Part shown: positions 9,592-18,767 of the stretch, piece after piece | Numbering within the stretch: the first letter of the stretch is position 1 | How the letters are laid out: each line of letters starts with the position of its first letter | Assembly (NCBI GenBank): GCA_016206725.1 | Contig: JACQRA010000088.1 | Coordinates: 1,622-65,621, forward strand | Reading direction: 5' to 3' | Length of the DNA: 64,000 bases | From: Candidatus Omnitrophota bacterium | GTDB taxonomy: Bacteria > Omnitrophota > Gorgyraeia > Aquiviventales > Aquiviventaceae | Program-made: the position numbers and the translations under genes | The notes under the pieces: generated by a model | The model's database searches: none | Seen by the model: only the letters and a program-made list of their open reading frames with translations | Told to the model about the DNA's origin: nothing

Positions 9592-11010
9592 TTACCGACG
9601 CCATCCAAGGTTCTCCCGAAGATCCGCGACGCGAAACGTCTGGATTAAGTTCATGCGGTTGCCGGCTCGCGGATAGCCCACCGCGGTCACCAGAATGATG
9701 TCTTCGTCCGTCAGCTGCTCTCTCCGCCAGAGCACCTCGAGACATCGGGGGATGTGATCGGTGCTCGTGCGTGAAAAGGGCACGTCCACGTGAACGCCTT
9801 CCGTGCCGGCGAACAGTTGGAAGCTTCTGGCCGCGGCAGCGTCATCGCTCACGGCGAGAATCGGCTGGACAGGGTGGTGGGTCGCGATCGCGCGCGCCGC
9901 ATATCCCGATTTCGTAATGGCCACGATCTTGGTGATGGGCAGCTGGCGGCACAGCAGGGCGATGGCTTCTCCGACCGCTTCCGGGATGGTCCGCGAGGAC
10001 GCCGCAATCTCCTCGGCCGCTCGACTGCGGTGGAGGCTCACCGCATCCACAATGCGGCGCATCGTCTTCACCGCCTCGATCGGATACGCGCCCACCGCGG
10101 TTTCTGCGGAGAGCATGACCGCCGACGCGCCATCCAGGACGGCATTGCTGATGTCGCTGACCTCGGCTTTCGTCGGAACAGGCGCGCGCACCATCGAGTG
10201 GAGCATTTCCGTGGCGATGATCACCGGCTTGTACACCCGCCTGGCCGAGGCGAGGATGCGCTTCTGGTGCAACACCACCCGCTCCAAATCCCGCGTCTCC
10301 GTCGAGAGATCGCCGCGATCAATCATGATGGCATCGGCGGATTCCAGGATCTCCTCGAGCTGCTGCATCGCCTTGGGCGTTTCGATCTTCGCGATAATCC
10401 GCGGCCGTTCCGAGCCGATGAGCATCCGAATCGCCTCAAGCTGCTGCGCGGAATCAATGAAGCTGGCGCCGATAAAATCCACGCCCGCTTCGCACGCGAA
10501 GGCGATGAGGCGTTTGTCCGCTTCGGTCGTCAAGCCGCTCCACAACGCCGTGGGAATCGAAAGGCCCTTGGCGCTCGTCAGCGTGCCGCTGGTCTGCGCT
10601 TGGCAGACGAGGTCATGTTCGCCGACATCCACCACCGTGAACGCGAATTGCCCGTCATCCACCAGGACGCTGTCTTGCTTCGACACGACGCCGTGGAGCG
10701 CCGGGGCGTTGATCGGCACTTTGTCGCCGCCGCCGTCCTGCGCCGTGGTGAACACAATCGTATCCCCGGCTTGGAATCGCACATCAGTCGGCAGATTCGC
10801 CACGCGGATCTTCCGGCCAGGCAGATCCAACAGGATGGGCACGGCGGGAGCCATCTCGCGCAGCCGTTCGATCACTGTGCGGTGCCAGTCGAGCTGGTTG
10901 TGCGAACCGTTCAAGCGGGCGATGTCCATGCCGGCTTCGCAGAGGGCGCCGAGGGTGACCGCGTCACAGGTGGTCGGCCCAATGGTTGCCACGATCTTGA
11001 TTCGGCTCAT
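9592..11010 (-). CDS. pyruvate kinase family protein
   Basis: 472 aa with PK motifs KIVATIGP, RLNGSH, VLVDDG, GVDFIGASFI, IIAKIE, MIDRGDL, VIIATEMLHSM, AEVSDISNAV and MLSAETA. Variant DLPGRKIR in place of the canonical DTKGPEIR. Confidence 0.75.
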   Translation of the reverse strand: MSRIKIVATIGPTTCDAVTLGALCEAGMDIARLNGSHNQLDWHRTVIERLREMAPAVPILLDLPGRKIRVANLPTDVRFQAGDTIVFTTAQDGGGDKVPINAPALHGVVSKQDSVLVDDGQFAFTVVDVGEHDLVCQAQTSGTLTSAKGLSIPTALWSGLTTEADKRLIAFACEAGVDFIGASFIDSAQQLEAIRMLIGSERPRIIAKIETPKAMQQLEEILESADAIMIDRGDLSTETRDLERVVLHQKRILASARRVYKPVIIATEMLHSMVRAPVPTKAEVSDISNAVLDGASAVMLSAETAVGAYPIEAVKTMRRIVDAVSLHRSRAAEEIAASSRTIPEAVGEAIALLCRQLPITKIVAITKSGYAARAIATHHPVQPILAVSDDAAAARSFQLFAGTEGVHVDVPFSRTSTDHIPRCLEVLWRREQLTDEDIILVTAVGYPRAGNRMNLIQTFRVADLRENLGWRR

Positions 11011-12092
11011 GGGGAGGCCTCCTCTTCTTCTTCAATAAAGCACGGCAGGGCCGTAATGCTTTGCAGCACTTCCGGACGAATGAGCTCCGGGGCCGGGGGA
11101 CTTCCGCCGCCCAGGAGCGCGCGCACCGACGTCCCGCTGATATGGCGGATCGCCTCCGGCGCGCTCGCCCCATGCGGGCAGGAGCGCTCCGTGACGATGC
11201 CCCCGCAGATGGTGCAGTGGTACGGGCCGGAGCAGCGCAGCACCTCGATGCCCAGCTGCCCGTCAAACTGCCGCGTGAGCTCGTGCGCCGCGTATCTCCC
11301 GTAATAGTTCCCCACCCCGGCATGATCCCGACCGACGATGAAATGAGTGCAGCCGTAGTTGCGGCGGATAATCGCGTGGAAGACCGCTTCCCGCGGTCCG
11401 GCATAGCGCATGGCCGTGGACAGTACCCCCAGCACCACGCGGTCTTTCGGAAGGAAACGGTCAATGAGCGTGCGATAGGCCGTGAGGATCGCCTTCGGCG
11501 TGTAATCCCCACGCTGCTTGAATCCAACCAGCGGCTGGATAAAGAGTCCCTCGGAGAATTCCAGCGCCAATCGCAGGAGATACTCGTGCGCCCGATGCGG
11601 CACGTTGCGGGTCTGGAAACCGACGACGGTTTTCCACCCGCGACGGGCGAACTCCGCGCGGGTCTGCTGGGGCGTGAGCTCATGATCGGAGAACTCGCAC
11701 CGCGCCCGCGCGAGCAGTGTCACCGGCCCGCCGACGAACCACTCCTTCAACCGGAAGAAGTACGCGACACCGGGATGAGCGGTGTCGTCGGTCCCATAGA
11801 CCTGCCGGGCCACGGCGGCCCTGTCGCACCGGTAGACGCTCTGCGGCGTCAGCTCGCCGACTTCCTGACCTTCGTACATCAACCGCGCCTGGTCGCTGCG
11901 GCGCAACGCGCGCGCGTCCGACACGTCCAATACAACGGGAAGCGGAAACACGGCGCCGTTGGGCAGCCGCATCGTTGAGACCACGGACTGAAACTCCGCC
12001 TCCGTCATGAAGCCGCCCAATGGCGCGAACGCTCCCAGGGCGAGCTTCTCCAATTCCAGATACTGATGGCGATTCAGGACCAACGTCGTCAT
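11007..12092 (-). CDS. sat: sulfate adenylyltransferase (ATP sulfurylase, Sat type)
   Basis: 361 aa with QTRN and GRDHAG(VG) motifs. ATGA overlap with the PK start at 11010. Confidence 0.8.
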   Translation of the reverse strand: MTTLVLNRHQYLELEKLALGAFAPLGGFMTEAEFQSVVSTMRLPNGAVFPLPVVLDVSDARALRRSDQARLMYEGQEVGELTPQSVYRCDRAAVARQVYGTDDTAHPGVAYFFRLKEWFVGGPVTLLARARCEFSDHELTPQQTRAEFARRGWKTVVGFQTRNVPHRAHEYLLRLALEFSEGLFIQPLVGFKQRGDYTPKAILTAYRTLIDRFLPKDRVVLGVLSTAMRYAGPREAVFHAIIRRNYGCTHFIVGRDHAGVGNYYGRYAAHELTRQFDGQLGIEVLRCSGPYHCTICGGIVTERSCPHGASAPEAIRHISGTSVRALLGGGSPPAPELIRPEVLQSITALPCFIEEEEEASP

Positions 12093-13153
12093 GCGTGTCC
12101 GTTCGTTGGATACCCGAAGAGCGACTCGGCGAAGCGCGCCAGCGCCGCCGCCTGGCGCAACGACACCAACGGAACCGCCGCGCGAACTCTCGCTTCAAGT
12201 GCTGACGCGGTCTGCTCAACAAACCCCACCTTCACGGTTGGGTCGACCGCGACGACGGGCATCGCCTCCCACTCAGCCAAGGGGGCGCGGCGCCGAAGGA
12301 CCTGTTCCAGTGGACCGTGCCGATAGGACGACACCGACGTGTGAACCTCCACCGACCATCGCCCCGTGGATCCCCAATCCGCATGGTACGCAAAGGGAAT
12401 CCCATGCTCCGAGACGCCAGAGCCGACGAACACCGAGCCAGTCGGATGCCATGACACGGCCGTCCCCCCGCGGTGACCATGCCACTGCGCCGGCATGCCG
12501 ATGAGGGCATGGGCCATGCTCATGACGTGCAGGCTATTGGCAATTCCCCAACGAGCCAGCTCCTCGGCTGTGAAGAGCTGCGGCCAATCCGGCTTGATGA
12601 ATTCCGTGAAGGTATAGGTACAGGAGGTGATGCCGCCCTCCTGCGCCGCCAGGGCTCGCACCTCCTGGAGTGCCGGGTAGGCCACGCGGTTATAGGCGCA
12701 CCACGCCTCAGCGCCTGCGCGCTCAAGCGACTCCGTGAGCCGTTCGATGGCGCCTGACCAGAGCGAGACCGGCTTTTCAATAAGCAGCCGGCGGTAGCCG
12801 AGGGACACGAGATGCTCAGTGGCCTCTACCAACCGATCGATCGGCACCGCCACAATGCCTAGCTCGCCTGGACGTCCCTGCCGCGCCATCCGCTCAAACC
12901 CGCCGGCCATCAGTTCCACACCGTCCATTCCGCGCAAGGGCTGCAGCCTCGCCTCTGATCGGGAACAGACACGGATACGTTTCACGCCGAGGATGCGCAG
13001 CGCCTTGACGTATTGCGCGCCCATGCCGCCGTAGCCGATCACGGTCGCCGCGCAGGCGGAGAAGTCTTCCGCACGGATCGCCTGAGCGAGCGCCGCCGAG
13101 GACAGCACCGGCGAAACGCGGAGGTCGCCTGCAGCGGACGGATTACTGCTCAT
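12089..13153 (-). CDS. Gfo/Idh/MocA-like oxidoreductase
   Basis: VIGYGGMGAQY Rossmann motif and IEKP motif. Confidence 0.55.
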   Translation of the reverse strand: MSSNPSAAGDLRVSPVLSSAALAQAIRAEDFSACAATVIGYGGMGAQYVKALRILGVKRIRVCSRSEARLQPLRGMDGVELMAGGFERMARQGRPGELGIVAVPIDRLVEATEHLVSLGYRRLLIEKPVSLWSGAIERLTESLERAGAEAWCAYNRVAYPALQEVRALAAQEGGITSCTYTFTEFIKPDWPQLFTAEELARWGIANSLHVMSMAHALIGMPAQWHGHRGGTAVSWHPTGSVFVGSGVSEHGIPFAYHADWGSTGRWSVEVHTSVSSYRHGPLEQVLRRRAPLAEWEAMPVVAVDPTVKVGFVEQTASALEARVRAAVPLVSLRQAAALARFAESLFGYPTNGHA

Positions 13154-13841
13154 AGCAGGCGACCCCTAAATGTTTGGTGCGCCGGATGGTGGTCAGCGTC
13201 CTCTTGCGGCCGTCAATCGCTCCCGCGGCAAGTCGCGCCAGGAATTCCGGGACCCCATAGTGGCCGGGCACCGTCAGGCCAACGTCATGAAACGCAATCA
13301 GCCCGCCGGGCTTGACCAGCGGGCTGTAGAGCAGCCAGTCGGTCAGCACCGACGCGTACTGGTGGTCGCCGTCAATGAAGAGCAGGTCCACCCCCCCGCA
13401 GGCGACCTGATAGGTTTTCGCCACGGTCGCCGGCTCATACGACATGCCGATGATAAAGGCGCTGCGCCGATCGCCCAGCGCCCACCGGTCGTGGAAGGCC
13501 CGCATATTCGTTCCGAAGATACGGATGCGCTCGTGCGATTTCTCGATGGTGATGATCCGCTTGAACAGCAGACGCCACAGGAAGTGGGTGCTGCCGTAAT
13601 ACCCCAGCCCTACCTCCAGCGCAGTGCCCAGCCGTTTCCGCGACAACAACAGCGAGACGAACTCCTTGATCTCGTCGCGGTCCTGCTGGATGCCCGCGTC
13701 ATCCGGAATCATGAAATCTTGCATCGGGACCCAGTCGCCCCGCTCGTACTTGCCGTTGCCGTGACGGGCCACCCAGGCATCCAGTTGCTTCATCACGCGG
13801 TTGACGGTCGAGCGCCCTGCGTCCTCACGTAACCGGGGCAT
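13143..13841 (-). CDS. class I SAM-dependent methyltransferase (CmcI-like fold)
   Basis: GxGxG-like LEVGLGYYG and an LFIDGDH motif. Confidence 0.55.
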   Translation of the reverse strand: MPRLREDAGRSTVNRVMKQLDAWVARHGNGKYERGDWVPMQDFMIPDDAGIQQDRDEIKEFVSLLLSRKRLGTALEVGLGYYGSTHFLWRLLFKRIITIEKSHERIRIFGTNMRAFHDRWALGDRRSAFIIGMSYEPATVAKTYQVACGGVDLLFIDGDHQYASVLTDWLLYSPLVKPGGLIAFHDVGLTVPGHYGVPEFLARLAAGAIDGRKRTLTTIRRTKHLGVACYEQ

Positions 13842-14817
13842 CGGCCAGCTCCTTTCCCATCAAGCGATTGAAGTGCGGCTGCAACTCACCCAAAATGAAC
13901 CGATGGGAGACTAACGACTCCTCCAGAGCGGGCAAATCACACCGGCCTGACGCGATGATCTCGGATGCAAACGTCATCGTCATGCGGCTGACCAGCATCT
14001 CGTCACCAAATGGAATGGCGCGCCACTGCCCTCCTGACGCCGCCTCGCTTTCGACCGCCCACCGCTGGATGTGATCAACGATGCAGCGATAGCTCCGGCT
14101 GCTGATTGAGAGTTGTTCTGAGAGTCGGTGGTCGCCGGCATAGGTCATCGTCAACCGGCTACCTTTCTCGGTCGAGCCCTGGAGGGTTCCGCTGAGGTCC
14201 CATTGGCCTCTTGCGGTTCGGTGGAGCATCGGATCGATTGAGGAACCGGTGCCGTCGATGCGACTCGCCCCGTCGTAGAACGCGAAGAGGTCGGCATTGT
14301 GGATTCCATTGGTGGCCAATCCGAGATTGCCCCCCACCACGTTGAGGATCAGCGGTTCTTCAGGCTGCAACCGCGCTTTGACTCGTTGATGGAACGGGTA
14401 GGCCCGCGTCTGACAGTTCACCCACACAGACAGGCCTCTGGTGCTTGAATAATCGACCATGTCTTCACATTCAGCGACCGACGGCGCCACGAGCTTCTCC
14501 ACGAGAAAGTGGGTGTAGCTGAGCGTCTCCGCCACCTGCCGAAGGAGTTGAGAGCGTCCCTGCGCTTGGGTCGCGATGATGCACAATGCTCCCCCGCGGC
14601 CGGCATCCTCAACTGAAGACAGCCATCGCACCGTGGTGGAACGGCATCGCCCTGGCGTTTCAGCCAACCGTTCGCGGCCAAGCCGCAGCGCCTCAGGACG
14701 AGGATCCACCACTTCGATCTCCCGGACCTGCGCAAGCGAGGCAACCGCCTGGAGGTGGTAGCTGCCCATCGTGCCGCAGCCGACGATCAGCACGCGAGCG
14801 TCGTTAGGTTGGCTCAT
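13825..14817 (-). CDS. Gfo/Idh/MocA family oxidoreductase
   Basis: VLIVGCGTMGSYH Rossmann motif and VEKL motif. Confidence 0.65.
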   Translation of the reverse strand: MSQPNDARVLIVGCGTMGSYHLQAVASLAQVREIEVVDPRPEALRLGRERLAETPGRCRSTTVRWLSSVEDAGRGGALCIIATQAQGRSQLLRQVAETLSYTHFLVEKLVAPSVAECEDMVDYSSTRGLSVWVNCQTRAYPFHQRVKARLQPEEPLILNVVGGNLGLATNGIHNADLFAFYDGASRIDGTGSSIDPMLHRTARGQWDLSGTLQGSTEKGSRLTMTYAGDHRLSEQLSISSRSYRCIVDHIQRWAVESEAASGGQWRAIPFGDEMLVSRMTMTFASEIIASGRCDLPALEESLVSHRFILGELQPHFNRLMGKELADAPVT

Positions 14818-14856
14818 ACCACGCGATCCCGAGATGTTTCGTGCGTCGAATCGTCT

Positions 14857-16830
14857 TCATTGTTCTCGGACGGCCGCCAGCTTCGCGCCATCGAGCACCC
14901 ACAGCCTCCCGCGCCAGCGCCGATCCATCTCGCCGACCTGCCGGAGGATCAGATCGCGGTAACTGGTCACGTCATGCTCATGGATCCACATCCGGCTGGA
15001 GGCGATCGTCTTGAACGACGCGACGGCATAGCGGTCGATGGTCTTCGATGCGAACAACCGGTTCAACTCGGGATCGTCGGCAAAGTCCCCCCGGGCGATG
15101 GCGTCGCGGTCCGTCGACATATCAAACCCTTTCGCGCTCGTGCTGGGCACGACGACGTAGCCCTCGGTCACCTCGCCCAGCGTCCGCACGTACCGAATCT
15201 GGAAGCGCTCGCGCACCCGCGGCGGCCAGACGCCGATGAACCCTTGGTTGTACGACGTATCGTAGGTCGCGAAGGATCGAATCGCCATCCGCTCCAGCGT
15301 GCGGTGCAGCCACGTCGAGGCCATGCGCGCCGGCCACACATCGGTCACGAAGATCCAGACATTCCACCCGACGCCGAGGGCGACCAGCCCGACCATCCCG
15401 CCCCACCAGACGCCCCGCACCCCGAGGGGAAACCGCGCGGCGGCCAGCGCGCCCGCATACCCGACGGCCAGCAAGAATCCGACCAGCGATGGAAAATAGG
15501 TCCGGCTGCACTGCGGCGACTGGGTCAGCTCGGCATACACGATTGGCGAAAGGCTCAGGAGCCCGAGCAGCGCCGCACCGACGACCTCGTGCGGTTCCCC
15601 ACCTCCCAGGCCGACCGTGGTCACGATGGTAGCCATGCTCACCCCGTAGGCCGCCACGTGGAAGGGCAAGGTTCGCCAGAAGAACGGCCACAGCCACCGC
15701 AGCCCCACGCGCATCTCGCCGGGGCGCAGAATCCTCCCGACGCTCGCGAAGAACTCTCGATAGAGCGGGTAGTGCGTCCACCGCTGCGCCGCCTGCCAGT
15801 AGCCCAGGTAACCCTTGAGGTTCCAGACGACGTTCGGCGCGGTGAAGAAGAGCGCGGCCAATCCGATCCCTACGAACAGGAGGCCATGCGCCACGTAGAA
15901 GGCGGGGGCTCGCGTCACCACCAGGCACGCCAGCAGATATCCGAGGAACCCCACTCCCAACCTGGTGACGACCCGCGTCACGACGGCTTCCTTCCCCAGA
16001 TAGTAGGCCAGCGGCAACTGGGCGCGCGCCGTGATAAGGCGGTTGAGCGCGCCGGCAGCCCGCTCGAAGTAGATCGCCGTCACAAGGCGCCGGAACCACC
16101 ACCGTCCCCACACGGCGACGCTGCCGAGGGCCGCCGCCAGAACGGCCGCGACGGCCAACAGCCACGGCCCCATCCCCTCTCCCAACGACGCCCATCCGCG
16201 CCCGCCGATGCCGAGCAAAGCCATCGTCTCCCGCTGGCTGTAGAGGAACGCCCCGGCGGCCAGCGGAAGGAACTTGCGCCCCGAGGCCGAGGCGAACATC
16301 ATCGCCCCCAGCCACGCCCCCGCCGCCACATACCAGAGCGCCCCGCCATCCGGCGCGGCGGACGCCTGCTGCAGAGACCAGACCGCACCGAGCAGCAGCA
16401 TCTGCGCCAACCCCTGGAACCCGCCGAGGAGGACAATTTGATACGGCCAGTAGCAGCCCATATACCAGACGAAGAGCAGGCCGGCCGCGGGCGCGCCCCA
16501 GTACGACCGGGCCACCGCAAAGAGCAGCACGGCGGAGACGGCGTGGACCAGGAGGGCCAAGACCGTCAGCGGCCGCCCCGTCTCGGTGTCCTTGAGCACC
16601 CGCTGCAGCAGTGCGACTCCCAGCAGCCCCACATCCTTCATCCAGGCCTTGTCCGTCGCGAACCGGTGCATGTCCGACGGCCACCGCCACTCCCGCGAGC
16701 GGGCGGCAGCGCGCACCTGCTTCTCCTGATCGGTGTGCGTCGCCACAAACAGGATGCCACGCGTCATGCGCCCGATGACCAGGGCAGTACTCACCGACAC
16801 CGCCACCACGCCGAGAAACATACCGTCCAT
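14857..16830 (-). CDS. polytopic integral membrane protein with C-terminal soluble domain; candidate glycan polymerase or GT-C-like transferase
   Basis: 657 aa with at least 10 hydrophobic helices, then a hydrophilic tail of about 170 aa. No confident family assignment. Confidence 0.4.
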   Translation of the reverse strand: MDGMFLGVVAVSVSTALVIGRMTRGILFVATHTDQEKQVRAAARSREWRWPSDMHRFATDKAWMKDVGLLGVALLQRVLKDTETGRPLTVLALLVHAVSAVLLFAVARSYWGAPAAGLLFVWYMGCYWPYQIVLLGGFQGLAQMLLLGAVWSLQQASAAPDGGALWYVAAGAWLGAMMFASASGRKFLPLAAGAFLYSQRETMALLGIGGRGWASLGEGMGPWLLAVAAVLAAALGSVAVWGRWWFRRLVTAIYFERAAGALNRLITARAQLPLAYYLGKEAVVTRVVTRLGVGFLGYLLACLVVTRAPAFYVAHGLLFVGIGLAALFFTAPNVVWNLKGYLGYWQAAQRWTHYPLYREFFASVGRILRPGEMRVGLRWLWPFFWRTLPFHVAAYGVSMATIVTTVGLGGGEPHEVVGAALLGLLSLSPIVYAELTQSPQCSRTYFPSLVGFLLAVGYAGALAAARFPLGVRGVWWGGMVGLVALGVGWNVWIFVTDVWPARMASTWLHRTLERMAIRSFATYDTSYNQGFIGVWPPRVRERFQIRYVRTLGEVTEGYVVVPSTSAKGFDMSTDRDAIARGDFADDPELNRLFASKTIDRYAVASFKTIASSRMWIHEHDVTSYRDLILRQVGEMDRRWRGRLWVLDGAKLAAVREQ

Positions 16831-16833
16831 GCG

Positions 16834-17679
16834 TCAGCTCTTGATGATGAGTCCCTGGCCGGTGGGGCTGGCGAAAATCTCGCACCCCAGCTCCTCCACC
16901 AACCGATCCATCCCCTGTTTCTGTTCCCCGCGCCCCGGCTGGCCGTAATCGTCCAAGACGACCCAGGCGCCCCGGCTCAGCCGAGGCCAGAAATGCCGCA
17001 GCGCTTCCACCTCAGGGTAGACCGCATTCATGTCAAGGTGGAGAAACGCCACCGTGGGGATCTCCACGCGCGAGAGCGACTCGGGGACGTATCCCTTGAT
17101 GAACACCACCGACGGGAACGAGGAGAATGCGCGCTGGACCTCTTCATAGTAGCCGGTGTACGACTGATTGACCCCATCCAACCCCCTCCCATACAGCACG
17201 GTGCGTTCGTAGTCGGTCAGCTGGCCGTTCAACAACCCTTCCCAGCTATCAAAGAGGAAGAAACGCTTGTGGTGTCGCTGCCAATCCAGACTCGCGACAA
17301 TGCTCGCGGCGGCAAACCCTCTGGCGGTCCCGCACTCCACGAAATCGCCTTCCACCGTCACCGCTTGTCGAGCCGCCCACTGCAGCAGATAGGCACTCCA
17401 CATGGGACGCTCCTGGGCGGTCATCTGTTGGGCAAATCGGTGGCCTTTGAGAAAGCGCTCATCCGTCATGAAATCGCAGTTATGACGGCTGATGAGCTGA
17501 TTGTCTGCGTAGGTCGCGACATACCAATAGCGATGCAGCCGGAACAAACGGTTGAGTTGTGCCACGGTCATCTCTTTGCGAAACACCTGCTTCATCAGCG
17601 TGCCCTGAACACGGCTGCGAATCGTCCGCAGCGGTTTCTTGATGGGCTCTGGGAGGTAGCGTGTCAGCGGTCTCATCAT
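16834..17679 (-). CDS. TylF/MycF-family sugar O-methyltransferase
   Basis: DSWEG, LHLDMN and LDDYG motifs typical of macrocin O-methyltransferase-like enzymes. Confidence 0.65.
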   Translation of the reverse strand: MMRPLTRYLPEPIKKPLRTIRSRVQGTLMKQVFRKEMTVAQLNRLFRLHRYWYVATYADNQLISRHNCDFMTDERFLKGHRFAQQMTAQERPMWSAYLLQWAARQAVTVEGDFVECGTARGFAAASIVASLDWQRHHKRFFLFDSWEGLLNGQLTDYERTVLYGRGLDGVNQSYTGYYEEVQRAFSSFPSVVFIKGYVPESLSRVEIPTVAFLHLDMNAVYPEVEALRHFWPRLSRGAWVVLDDYGQPGRGEQKQGMDRLVEELGCEIFASPTGQGLIIKS

Positions 17680-18767
17680 CTTCTTTCGGTCATCGCTCGG
17701 TACATCGGCATGAAATCTTCATGATAGGGCGAGCGAGCCTTCAGCAGCGCCGACAACGAGATGGTGTCGCGCCGTCCAGGAAGCCGCGGACCCACCGCCC
17801 GCCACACCGACCGTGCCCCTGGAACGTTTCGAAGCCACTCGCGGGTGCGCCTCGTCAGGGACGGCCGCGGCGCGTCGCAGCCGCCGTTCGCCTTGTTGGA
17901 CAACACCCGAAGGGCGTAACACCAGAACGCCTGCGTGGCCACAGCCTCGGCGCGCTCTTGCGCGATGCCCTCCGCATCCTTCAACGCCTCGGCAAGACAG
18001 GACCTGAAGGCAGCGTACTTTCCGGCAAAGCTGGCTTCGGTGAACCATTCAATGACGTCCGTCGCCCTCGTGGTCTCGCGCGCGCCATCGAGATTCCGCA
18101 CCGAGCGGATCCACGCGTCCGGCCCGTCATGAATCTCTTTCAGGAGGTAGAGTTGATGGAGGCAATGCGCCTTGCCCTGAATGACATCCAGACCACCCAG
18201 CGCGAGCTCGCCCCACGCGTAGCCAAAACTATGAGCGCAGCAACGGCGGACGTTCTCGCGCAACAACGCCGTGCGATGGACGGAATAGTTCAGCACCGCG
18301 CCATAGCGTGTGAAATGATCCAGCAGACGCTCCGACGCCGTCGGCTGAGCGATCGCGCGCTGCGGATACACCGCGACCCACTCCATGGTCCCTCGAGAAG
18401 CTCCCGGCTTGAACGTCGCGCTTCGGCCATGCGCCAGGCTGTAATCCGGATGCGCCTCCAAGAACTGCGCGCCAAGCCTGAGGGTACGCGGCACCAAAAA
18501 ATCGTCATCGTTCCAGACCACGGTGTAGGGCGTGGTCACATGCGCGAGGCCGTCCGCGAGTTTCTCCATGGGAGGCATCGCCGGATCGTAACGCCGATGG
18601 ACAACTCCCTCCTCTGCCAGCGCCCTCCGCAGCGGGCCTTCCGGAAGCGCGTGAGCACTCGAATCCAACACATCCACTCGGCCAGGCCGTCCCACCGATG
18701 TGAGGTAGGCCAGCAGCCGCGTCAGTTCCTCATAACGGTTGTAGGTCGGGATGAGGACGGTCAGCAT
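17676..18767 (-). CDS. glycosyltransferase family 2-like protein
   Basis: N-terminus LTVLIPTYNRYEEL, which resembles a GT2 motif. Confidence 0.5.
   Translation of the reverse strand: MLTVLIPTYNRYEELTRLLAYLTSVGRPGRVDVLDSSAHALPEGPLRRALAEEGVVHRRYDPAMPPMEKLADGLAHVTTPYTVVWNDDDFLVPRTLRLGAQFLEAHPDYSLAHGRSATFKPGASRGTMEWVAVYPQRAIAQPTASERLLDHFTRYGAVLNYSVHRTALLRENVRRCCAHSFGYAWGELALGGLDVIQGKAHCLHQLYLLKEIHDGPDAWIRSVRNLDGARETTRATDVIEWFTEASFAGKYAAFRSCLAEALKDAEGIAQERAEAVATQAFWCYALRVLSNKANGGCDAPRPSLTRRTREWLRNVPGARSVWRAVGPRLPGRRDTISLSALLKARSPYHEDFMPMYRAMTERR

Noticed and set aside
14755-17724. 989-aa plus-strand ORF, and similar long plus-strand ORFs (for example 2109..3275, 3082..4257, 9790..11304, 19142..20557 and 43213..44493)
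   Set aside because: They lie antisense to minus-strand genes with clear enzyme homology. Their translations are low-complexity and R/P/G/H-rich, which is typical of stop-poor frames in ~65% GC DNA. They give no start/stop coupling pattern.
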